From Bacilli bacterium (GTDB lineage Bacteria; Bacillota_I; Bacilli_A; RFN20; CAG-826): a stretch of DNA of 64,000 nt. Positions 52,555 through 60,595 of this stretch are shown here, one piece after another (position 1 is the first letter of the stretch; each line of letters begins with the position of its first letter). The DNA is taken from positions 9,828 to 73,827 of the forward strand of contig JBGUQI010000011.1 of NCBI GenBank assembly GCA_045130875.1. The letters are read 5' to 3'. Below the pieces are notes generated by a model that did no database searches, had not been told where the DNA came from, and saw only the letters and a list, made by a program, of their open reading frames with translations. The position numbers and the translations under genes are program-made.

Positions 52555-54948
52555 TTATTTGCTGTAACGTCTTTTTCTTAAAACGAGTAAGACACCTAAT
52601 AATGAAGCCGCAATTAATGCAGTGGAAGCAACAACGATAACTACTACATTGTTGTTGTTCTTGAGATTCAAAATTGAACCCGCACCATTGGGTGTGAATG
52701 TACCAGCAGCGGCATCAAATGTTTCACCATTAGCACGTGCCCAAGCTTCTAATCTAGCTTTAGCAGAACCATAGCCAGCATAGTTAGCAAATAATGCTTT
52801 TTCATCAGCGGTTAATGCAGCATAAGCAGTCTTTGCACCAGCATAATAATCAGCACATTGACCATTACCAACATAGCTATACATCTTTAAGCTATTTCCG
52901 ACAAATGATTCAAGATTTGCATTGTATTCTTGATAATCAGCGTGAACATTGCTCATAAAGAATGTGCCATCGAAGTTCCATAATACAAAGGCAAAGCCCA
53001 TGACTTCACTATAAGCGAGATTGACAGTAACACTATGTAAACAACCATCATTGATTAATTCAACTTCGATATCGTGATACATATTGCCATCTTTGCAATA
53101 TTTAACCAAAGCTTGAACTGTGAAGTTATTAATCACAGAGCCCGAGGCTGGAGCAGGAACATAGTAACCATCTTCAGTTAATGAGTGGTTACGATCTTGA
53201 GCAGTAATTGTACCTTCATTCTCATAAATATAATCAAAGGTTAATTGAGTCATAGCGTAAGCTTTAGTTTCGGTCTTGTAACCATTCTGTGGGAAGTAAA
53301 CACGATATTCACCGTGTGTAGAGGAATCACTACTTGTGAAGTAGATACCAGTGTGATTGTTGGCATCTTTCTTATAAACTAATGTGTCAATTTCTTCACC
53401 AGTATTTTCATCCCAAACAACGCCTTGATCAAATTGCTTGACAGAGGAAGCGTGGTTGCTATCTGGTCTTGTTCTACCAATATTGAGTAATAAGTTGCCT
53501 TCTTCTAATTGGTCTGCTGTGGACGTTTGCAATTTATCAAGTGCATACTCATTCCAAGTTTCACCATCAAAAACCCAAGTGTTTTCCAAAACAGAGAATT
53601 TATAGATTTTTAATTCTGCGGTGACAAATTTGAATGCACCACGAATTGTTAATGTGTCACCAGCCACTGGTGTTGTAAATAAATCAGTGCCGAGACCAAA
53701 ATAGAATTTTTTAGCATCAACTTTCTTAAAATAATTGGCTTTGTTTTTAGCAATTTGAGCACCATTATAAAGAATGTTGTCATCTTCGTATGGCAAGCAG
53801 TATTCACCAAATGTCGCTATTTCTGGAATTGGATCATATGTTAATGAGAAGTATGGATTGCTAGGATTGCTATCATAAGCTAGCGCTTCATTTCCCCAAA
53901 ATTGAGAAAGAGAATTGCTGAATGAGCAATCTGCGCCTGGATAATTAATGCTGACTCTTGTAGTCATATCGGAAGCATCAATAGTCCATTCACACGCTTT
54001 AAGGAACCAACCATCTTTTTTAAGGAATGCTAAATAATTAGAAGAGTTTTTGATTTTGATTAGGCCAAATTCAATTAAATAAGTTGTTTCAGCAACAATG
54101 GCAGAATCAATTTCACCAGACGATTGTACGACAGCATCATCGTTGCAATCTTCAATAAAGAAAGCGCCACCAGGTTGTGGTCCCCATGTATTGTTGTATC
54201 TTAATCTAAGATTGTGTCCAGTTGCCCAAGCACCATTACATCCAACTCTTATGGTCACTTGATCGTCCATCGCATCTTCAGCTTTAAATTTGAACTGGAA
54301 AGCCCAGCTATTAGTTGTACTAGTGGGGGCAAAACCATTCTTTCTTAAACCGTTTTGGTTATAGCCGTCTTCTGTACTAATGGCTTCTGTTGCATAATCA
54401 CGCATACCACAATCACGCATTGAGACTAAATCATAGTCTTCTAAATCATAATCGTAATACGGAACCCATTCTGTACCAGTCCATTGTCTTGAAAATGTTG
54501 GAGAGATTGTGAATGTATGAACTTCACCTTCGTATTCTGTCTGCCAGGTTCCTTTAAGAGTGATGTAAGAACCAGCATCAGCTTCTGTGAATGTTTTTCC
54601 AACAGGAGCAGCGCTGAATCTAAAACAAATATCTCTCTGGCTAACTTTAGTGGCAAGCAAAGCACCTGCATCAACGCCGTTAATGAAGCAGCCACCAGAA
54701 CCGCCAACTGGAGTATAAGAGACAGTCCAGTCACCAGCAGAGGGTGCTGAATTGCCGTTTGGATCATAGGCACTAATTGTTTCACCAGTGCTAGAAGTAA
54801 GATAGGTGAGGTTGTAATTGCCATGATCAGTTGTGGCTTGGGCTTCTCTATCGATTGAATCAGTTAGCCCTTTAACGGCTAAAGCGGATCCACTCGCCAA
54901 AAGAAAACCACAAACCAAAATAGGAATCAATTTTCCAATTTTTTTCAT
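52555..54948 (-). CDS. Large membrane-anchored surface protein, mosaic: family-A N-terminal half + C-terminal jelly-roll/helix/TM cassette of 8451..11609
   Basis: I place the start at ATG 54948 (MKKIGKLIPILVCGFLLASGSALA; GGAGGAG 5 nt upstream), not at the track start 54996. The N-terminal half aligns with residues ~60-470 of 48758..52387. The C-terminus aligns with 8451..11609. TM plus basic tail VVIVVASTALIAASLLGVLLVLRKRRYSK. Confidence 0.75.
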   Translation of the reverse strand: MKKIGKLIPILVCGFLLASGSALAVKGLTDSIDREAQATTDHGNYNLTYLTSSTGETISAYDPNGNSAPSAGDWTVSYTPVGGSGGCFINGVDAGALLATKVSQRDICFRFSAAPVGKTFTEADAGSYITLKGTWQTEYEGEVHTFTISPTFSRQWTGTEWVPYYDYDLEDYDLVSMRDCGMRDYATEAISTEDGYNQNGLRKNGFAPTSTTNSWAFQFKFKAEDAMDDQVTIRVGCNGAWATGHNLRLRYNNTWGPQPGGAFFIEDCNDDAVVQSSGEIDSAIVAETTYLIEFGLIKIKNSSNYLAFLKKDGWFLKACEWTIDASDMTTRVSINYPGADCSFSNSLSQFWGNEALAYDSNPSNPYFSLTYDPIPEIATFGEYCLPYEDDNILYNGAQIAKNKANYFKKVDAKKFYFGLGTDLFTTPVAGDTLTIRGAFKFVTAELKIYKFSVLENTWVFDGETWNEYALDKLQTSTADQLEEGNLLLNIGRTRPDSNHASSVKQFDQGVVWDENTGEEIDTLVYKKDANNHTGIYFTSSDSSTHGEYRVYFPQNGYKTETKAYAMTQLTFDYIYENEGTITAQDRNHSLTEDGYYVPAPASGSVINNFTVQALVKYCKDGNMYHDIEVELINDGCLHSVTVNLAYSEVMGFAFVLWNFDGTFFMSNVHADYQEYNANLESFVGNSLKMYSYVGNGQCADYYAGAKTAYAALTADEKALFANYAGYGSAKARLEAWARANGETFDAAAGTFTPNGAGSILNLKNNNNVVVIVVASTALIAASLLGVLLVLRKRRYSK
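52682..52735 (-). repeat. 54-nt block identical to 8578..8631
   Basis: See 8578..8631. The offset is exactly 44104 nt, on the same strand. Confidence 0.95.
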
Positions 54949-55115
54949 ATAGTCTCCTCCGAGTACTTTATATTTCAATTGTATGCCTACACGCATACTT
55001 AAAATAGAATAATATTTATCTCATTTTTGTATTATCTTGATATTTCGGTTTCACTAATATTACATATTTATATAATTTTAAAAACTGATTTTGATTTGTA
55101 TTTTCTTAACAAAAG

Positions 55116-56105
55116 ATGGAGAATATTAACATGAAGAAAAACGATAAGTATTCATTAAAATCATATCGGAATGGTGATGTTACTCATCCTCAATATTTAG
55201 AATTAAACAAAGAAATTAATGTTATTGATTTAGTAACATTCTATTACTATCTTCTCTATCCAAAATTAAACTATGAAGGTGAGTTTCATAATTATTATGA
55301 ATTATATGTTTGTTTAAGTGGTAAAGCTCGCGTCACATATAATGATCAGGAATTCATTTTAGAGGAAAGAGAACTTCTCTTAACTCCCCCAAATACATTT
55401 CATACTCATCAACCAGATAAGTCATTCTTATCTAGTGTATCGATTTGTTTTTCCGCTACTGGATTAAAAGATGATTTAGTGTGTAACAAAGTTGCGAAGA
55501 TTGATAATGAGCAACTTAATATCCTTAATATTTTAATTAATGAATATATAAATAATTACGAATACCAAGATGAGTATGCTCAACCATATGTGAAGAAGGT
55601 GGAATTCAAAAATGAATATGCCTATTCACAAGTATTCAAGTGTGCTCTTGAAATGCTCTTAGTGTTCATCACTAGAACTTTTCAAAACGATATCAATCCC
55701 CAAAAAGTAGATATCTCCAAAGAAAATATCGAAGAGAAAAATGAGATCGTTCAATACATTAAAGAACACTATAAAGAGAAGATTGTTTTAGAGGATGTAG
55801 CGAAGAAATTTAACTATTCCGTTGGACATTTGTGCAGGAAATTCAAACAAGATACTGGCGATTCAGTGATAAATTACATCATTAAATACCGTATTAGCCA
55901 TGCGATGAGATTGTTATTTGAAAGAAGAGATTTAAACATTGAAGAAGTAGCCTTGGAAGTTGGTTTTAACGATGTCCAATACTTCACCAAACTATTCAAA
56001 AAGTTCGTCGGTATGTCACCAGGTAAATATCGTAATGAAGTAATTAGAACCAATGCGTTACACGCTCAAGATATTGCTTTCGATATCATTAAGAATATTA
56101 ATTAG
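55116..56105 (+). CDS. AraC/XylS-family transcriptional regulator
   Basis: Cupin-like N-terminus (YYELYVCLSGKARVTYNDQEF...PPNTFHTHQP). C-terminal HTH (LEDVAKKFNYSVGHLCRKFKQDTG ... EVGFNDVQYFTKLFKKFVGMSPGKYR). The ATG at 55131 (GGAG 9 nt upstream) is an alternative start. Confidence 0.85.
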   Translation: MENINMKKNDKYSLKSYRNGDVTHPQYLELNKEINVIDLVTFYYYLLYPKLNYEGEFHNYYELYVCLSGKARVTYNDQEFILEERELLLTPPNTFHTHQPDKSFLSSVSICFSATGLKDDLVCNKVAKIDNEQLNILNILINEYINNYEYQDEYAQPYVKKVEFKNEYAYSQVFKCALEMLLVFITRTFQNDINPQKVDISKENIEEKNEIVQYIKEHYKEKIVLEDVAKKFNYSVGHLCRKFKQDTGDSVINYIIKYRISHAMRLLFERRDLNIEEVALEVGFNDVQYFTKLFKKFVGMSPGKYRNEVIRTNALHAQDIAFDIIKNIN

Positions 56106-56113
56106 AGGTAACT

Positions 56114-58207
56114 ATGAAATATCTATTTAATAGACAAAACATCCAAGTGGAAATTGATTATCAGAAGTGTTCCATCACCTCTATTGATTTTCAAGAGGAA
56201 CAATTAATCCATAAACCTTCACCACTTTTTAGGGTGAAATTTAGGGACCATAATAATGAACATTCCTGGGTTGATGCTTTTTCTTTCGCCTTTGAAAAAC
56301 AAGAAGGTGAAAAAGCGTTCTACACAAGTGAAAATGCTGATGTTTGTTTAATTATTAAACAATTAGATAATGGTCTTCAATTTGGTATCGAGATTAAAAA
56401 CAAGACCAAATTATTGCTTGAACAAGTGGAAATCATGACTTTAGGTCTTTATCCAAAACTCATGGATGAAGATGGAAAAGGTGAAATGGATATTCCCTAT
56501 AACGAAGGAGCAAGAATCACTTCTATTAAAAAAAGAAATGGTTCTTGGTTTACATATCGAGATATCGATTATCCATCCGAAGGATTGTTCCATGTATTTC
56601 CCAATATGATCTCTTCACAATTTATGACTTATATATGTAATAAAAAGGGATTATATTTCGGTATGCACGATACTGAATATACTCCTAAACATATAGATTT
56701 CCACGTAGTGGATGATACATTACAACCAGTAATGGGAACATTCACTAATTGTGATTATGGAGAAGATTATAAGATGGATTATCCATCAGTATTGCTCTTC
56801 TTTGAAGGAGATTATTTTGATGGGTGTGAAATATATAGAAAATGGTTCTATGAGCATAAATTAAAAGAATTAAAAACTATTAAAGAAAGATATGGTGAAT
56901 TACCACATTGGTATCATGAATCCCCGATCGTTTTAACTTATCCCTTAGTGGGTAAATCTGATAGAGATACAGAGATGCTTCCTGGCGGATTATACCCATA
57001 CACAAACGCACTACCCCTTGTGGATTACATCGTAAAAGAAACTGACTCTAAAGTAATGGTTATTTTGATGCAATGGGAGAGTACCGCTCCGTGGGCGCCA
57101 CCCTATGTTTGGCCACCTTATGGAGATGTTGATAACTTCTTTGAATTCAAAGATAAATTACATGAAAAAGGTAACTATTTAGGACTATACACCTCGGGTT
57201 TTGGGTGGACTAATATTTCCTATCGTAGAGAGTATAATAAGACCGAAGAATTTGAGAAAAATAATCTCAAAGAGATTATGTGTTCTAATTCTAATGGTGA
57301 TATGAAGTCCACTATTGTGACTGATATCAGGCTTGGATTTGATATGTGTCCAGCTTGCGATAAGACCAAAGAAATCATCATCAATGAAACCAATAAAATG
57401 GTCGATGCCGGTGTGGATTATATCCAAGTTTTAGATCAAAATCACGGAGGCAATGCCTATTTCTGTTATAGCGATAAACATGGTCATGTTCCCGCGCCCG
57501 GAAAATGGGAAATTGAAGAAACAAGAAAGATATTATCATCCATCGATAGAACTAAATGTTTATTGGGTTGTGAATCCGCGGCAAGTGAACCATTCATCGA
57601 TTTATTATCATTCTCCGATAACCGTTATCCTTTGATTCATCACGTTGGTGAAGCTATCCCAATGTATAGTTATATCTATCATGAATTTGTGAACAATTTC
57701 ATGGGCAATCAAATCTGCTGCACATTATTGAATGAAAGGTTCTCATACACCTATCGTGTTGCTTACTCATTTATTTGTGGTGATCTTCCTATCTTAATTG
57801 TCGATGGTGATGCCAAATTCCGTCACGCCTGGGGCGAAGACACTATTATCGATGAAAAACCAATATTGGAATTCATGAAAAACACCAATAAATGGAGAGT
57901 GGGCAAATTCGAAGAATTTCTCCATCTAGGAAAAATGGTTAAACCATTAGAATTTAGATGCACCGCAAAAGGACTAGGTTCAAGATTCTATCAAGATTAC
58001 TATACTTTCCCATCGGTTTTATCTAGCGCTTTTACTAACGGTAAAGACACATATCAATTCTTAGTGAATTATGACATGATTCCGGAAGTAGTTATTTTTG
58101 ATAAAGAGATTGATGAGATTGTTATCGATTCTGATGGTAAAACACAAAGAGTAAAAGATAATAAAATAACAATTCCACCACTAAGTGTTATCGCCATAAA
58201 AATATAA
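56114..58207 (+). CDS. Cytoplasmic 697-aa putative glycoside hydrolase/phosphorylase, family not recognised
   Basis: No signal peptide. Begins 8 nt after the AraC stop with an AGAGG SD. Motifs: LMQWESTAPWAPPYVWPPYGD, GLYTSGFGWTN, VDYIQVLDQNHGG, FCYSDKHGHVP, LGCESAASEP. Functional call rests on context plus TIM-barrel-like motif spacing only. Confidence 0.45.
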   Translation: MKYLFNRQNIQVEIDYQKCSITSIDFQEEQLIHKPSPLFRVKFRDHNNEHSWVDAFSFAFEKQEGEKAFYTSENADVCLIIKQLDNGLQFGIEIKNKTKLLLEQVEIMTLGLYPKLMDEDGKGEMDIPYNEGARITSIKKRNGSWFTYRDIDYPSEGLFHVFPNMISSQFMTYICNKKGLYFGMHDTEYTPKHIDFHVVDDTLQPVMGTFTNCDYGEDYKMDYPSVLLFFEGDYFDGCEIYRKWFYEHKLKELKTIKERYGELPHWYHESPIVLTYPLVGKSDRDTEMLPGGLYPYTNALPLVDYIVKETDSKVMVILMQWESTAPWAPPYVWPPYGDVDNFFEFKDKLHEKGNYLGLYTSGFGWTNISYRREYNKTEEFEKNNLKEIMCSNSNGDMKSTIVTDIRLGFDMCPACDKTKEIIINETNKMVDAGVDYIQVLDQNHGGNAYFCYSDKHGHVPAPGKWEIEETRKILSSIDRTKCLLGCESAASEPFIDLLSFSDNRYPLIHHVGEAIPMYSYIYHEFVNNFMGNQICCTLLNERFSYTYRVAYSFICGDLPILIVDGDAKFRHAWGEDTIIDEKPILEFMKNTNKWRVGKFEEFLHLGKMVKPLEFRCTAKGLGSRFYQDYYTFPSVLSSAFTNGKDTYQFLVNYDMIPEVVIFDKEIDEIVIDSDGKTQRVKDNKITIPPLSVIAIKI

Positions 58208-58324
58208 GAGGACATTTTCTGTCCTTTACAACCTGTTGACAATAGATCACAATATAGACATCCAAAAAGATTTTTCTCCTTATTGGAAAGCCGACTGAGG
58301 TTCAGGCGTTATAAGAGCCATCAA

Positions 58325-58350
58325 GTCTCCGAATGGAGGCTTTTTATTTT
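58325..58350 (+). terminator. Candidate plus-strand rho-independent terminator
   Basis: GTCTCC-gaat-GGAGGC (one G-U pair) followed by TTTTTATTTT. Lies 118 nt after the stop of 56114..58207. Confidence 0.5.
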
Positions 58351-58382
58351 ATAAAAGAAAAAGAGTTAGATTTTTATCTAAC
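58345..58382 (-). terminator. Rho-independent terminator after hpt
   Basis: Minus strand: GTTAGA-taaaaa-TCTAAC immediately after the hpt stop, followed by TCTTTTTCTTTTAT. Confidence 0.6.
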
Positions 58383-58384
58383 CC

Positions 58385-58945
58385 TTATTGATTGTCTTTC
58401 TTTAATACTTCATCAAGTTTATCGACATCTTCTTTTGAAGCACTATAGACATAGGGAACATTTCGTTCTAATTCGTTATAGTCTAGTCCGTAGCCGATTA
58501 AGAAGTCAGTCTTCTCTAAAATCTTACCTTCGAAGTCGATATTAACTTCCACTTCTCTCGCGTTCTTTTTATTAAATAACGCACACACATATATGTTCTT
58601 GGGATTATGACTCTTAATATGGTTGATTAAGTATTTCATCGAATGACCGGTATCGACGATATCTTCGATGATGATAACGGAACGTCCACCACAATCGAAT
58701 GATAAGTCTTTGATGAACCTAATCGTGTTACTTCTCTTCTCTCCGGTATAAGAGGAGATTTGGATGAAGTCAGTATAGACAGGAATCTTGATATATTTCA
58801 TTAAATCATACATGAAATTTAAAGATCCTTTCATCACTCCCACGAGTAAAGGAACACGTTCATCGTTTTTGACTTTTTCTTCAATTTCACCAGCAATTCT
58901 CTGGCAAATATCCTGAATTTCTTCTTGTTTTAAAACAATTTCCAT
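58385..58945 (-). CDS. hpt: Hypoxanthine(-guanine) phosphoribosyltransferase
   Basis: PRPP-binding motif VIIIEDIVDTGHSM. About 180 aa. Typical Hpt N-terminus (I..RI.ELA..I). Ends with DYNE..RN.PY. Confidence 0.9.
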   Translation of the reverse strand: MEIVLKQEEIQDICQRIAGEIEEKVKNDERVPLLVGVMKGSLNFMYDLMKYIKIPVYTDFIQISSYTGEKRSNTIRFIKDLSFDCGGRSVIIIEDIVDTGHSMKYLINHIKSHNPKNIYVCALFNKKNAREVEVNIDFEGKILEKTDFLIGYGLDYNELERNVPYVYSASKEDVDKLDEVLKKDNQ

Positions 58946-58946
58946 T

Positions 58947-59915
58947 TCATTTACCTAATAATTCGTCTTGGTATTCCTTGTAGACGTTAGACATGGATTT
59001 ACCTTCTTCTAACGCCACAATAGCTCTCGCGAAATAACCCGCTAAAGAAAGTACTTCAATTTTATCACTCTTCTTCTCTTCAGCAAGGGGAATGGAGTTA
59101 GTGATAATGAGTTTATACAAAGGTGAAGCATTGATTCTCTGGACAGCGTCTTTTGATAAAACACCATGTGTCACAGCAGCGTACACTCTAGTGGCGCCTA
59201 ATTCATATAATTTATTAACCGCTAATAATAATGTGCCTGCGGTATCGACGATATCATCGCAGATAATACAAGTCTTACCCTTAACATCACCGACGATAGA
59301 GAAGATTTCTGCCTTATTGGGTTCTGGTCTTCTCTTATCAATGATAGCGATAGGAACATTTAAGCTATTCGCTAAACGACTTGTTCTAACAAGTCCACCA
59401 TGATCTGGAGAGACGCAGACGACATTATCAGTCACTCCATTATCAACGAAGTAACGATAGAATAATGGCATCGCGGAAACATCATCAACTGGAATATTGA
59501 AGAAACCAGTTATTTGCGAAGCATGTAAGTCAGAGGTTACCACTCTATCCGCACCAGCGACTTCTAACATATCAGCAACTAATTTCGCAGAAATGGGTTG
59601 TCTCGGTTTGGCTTTTCTATCTTGTCTAGAATATCCAAAATAGGGAATGATACAGTTAATCGTTCTGGCACTAGCTCTCTTACAAGCATCGATACAGAGT
59701 AATAATTCCATCAATCTTTCTGTCACGGGTGCGCATGTAGATTGAATGATATAAACATTAAATCCTCTGAAGGATTCAAGACCAGTGAAAAGGATTTCTC
59801 CATCCGCAAAATGGGTAACTTCCGAAGGAAGAACCTTAACACCAATACGTTGGGCAATTTCTAATGCCATATCCTTATTAGCAGTTAAGCTAATAATTTT
59901 AATTTTGTTGTTCAT
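58947..59915 (-). CDS. prs: Ribose-phosphate pyrophosphokinase
   Basis: FADGEI, PYFGYSRQDRK, DLHASQITGFF and CIICDDIVDTAGTL are the canonical Prs motifs. Confidence 0.95.
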   Translation of the reverse strand: MNNKIKIISLTANKDMALEIAQRIGVKVLPSEVTHFADGEILFTGLESFRGFNVYIIQSTCAPVTERLMELLLCIDACKRASARTINCIIPYFGYSRQDRKAKPRQPISAKLVADMLEVAGADRVVTSDLHASQITGFFNIPVDDVSAMPLFYRYFVDNGVTDNVVCVSPDHGGLVRTSRLANSLNVPIAIIDKRRPEPNKAEIFSIVGDVKGKTCIICDDIVDTAGTLLLAVNKLYELGATRVYAAVTHGVLSKDAVQRINASPLYKLIITNSIPLAEEKKSDKIEVLSLAGYFARAIVALEEGKSMSNVYKEYQDELLGK

Positions 59916-59933
59916 AAGAATAGTCTTCTTTTT

Positions 59934-60593
59934 TTATTTTTTACCAACGGTACCGAAGATACGGTCACCACAATCACCTAAACCTGGGCAGATATAAGCT
60001 TTTTCATTTAAGCAACGGTCCAAGGCTCCAATATATAATGGGATTTCTGGATTCTTTTTGCAGAAAGCATCGACACCTTCAGGTGCTGCAATGATACAGA
60101 TAAAGGTAATCTTTTTCGCACCATGCTTTTTGAGCAATTTAACCGCATCAATGGCGCTACCACCAGTGGCGAGCATTGGGTCGATTAAATAGACATCTCT
60201 ATCAGCGATATCTTCCGGTAATTTGCAATAATATTCCACCGGTTCATGGGTTTCTTCATCACGGTATAAACCGATATGACCACATGTCGCACCAGGAACT
60301 AATTCAAGCATTCCATCAGCGATACCTAAACCCGCTCTAAGAATGGGGACAAAACATAAATGTTTATAATCCACGACCGGTTGCACTGTGGGTTCAACTG
60401 GTGTTTCAATCGCCACATTATGTGTAGGGAGATGTCTTAAAGCTTCATAGCCTTCAAGAACAGATACTTCTTTAACTAATAATCTAAATTGATTAGTTTT
60501 TGTGGTGACATCTCTTAATTGAGTAATTTTGTGCTTAATTAGGGGGTGATCAATTAAAATTGCATTTGGATAATTTTTTAGATCAAATTCCAT
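59934..60593 (-). CDS. upp: Uracil phosphoribosyltransferase
   Basis: HPLIKHKITQLRD, VPILRAGLG, YLIDPMLATGGSA and YICPGLGDCGDRIFGT. Confidence 0.95.
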   Translation of the reverse strand: MEFDLKNYPNAILIDHPLIKHKITQLRDVTTKTNQFRLLVKEVSVLEGYEALRHLPTHNVAIETPVEPTVQPVVDYKHLCFVPILRAGLGIADGMLELVPGATCGHIGLYRDEETHEPVEYYCKLPEDIADRDVYLIDPMLATGGSAIDAVKLLKKHGAKKITFICIIAAPEGVDAFCKKNPEIPLYIGALDRCLNEKAYICPGLGDCGDRIFGTVGKK

Positions 60594-60595
60594 AA

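Noticed and set aside
54949-54996. 16-codon extension upstream of the MKKIGKLIPILV signal peptide of the 813-aa ORF.
   Set aside because: GGAGGAG sits 5 nt upstream of the ATG at 54948, and the extension would bury the signal peptide. The extension also contains the putative -10 region.
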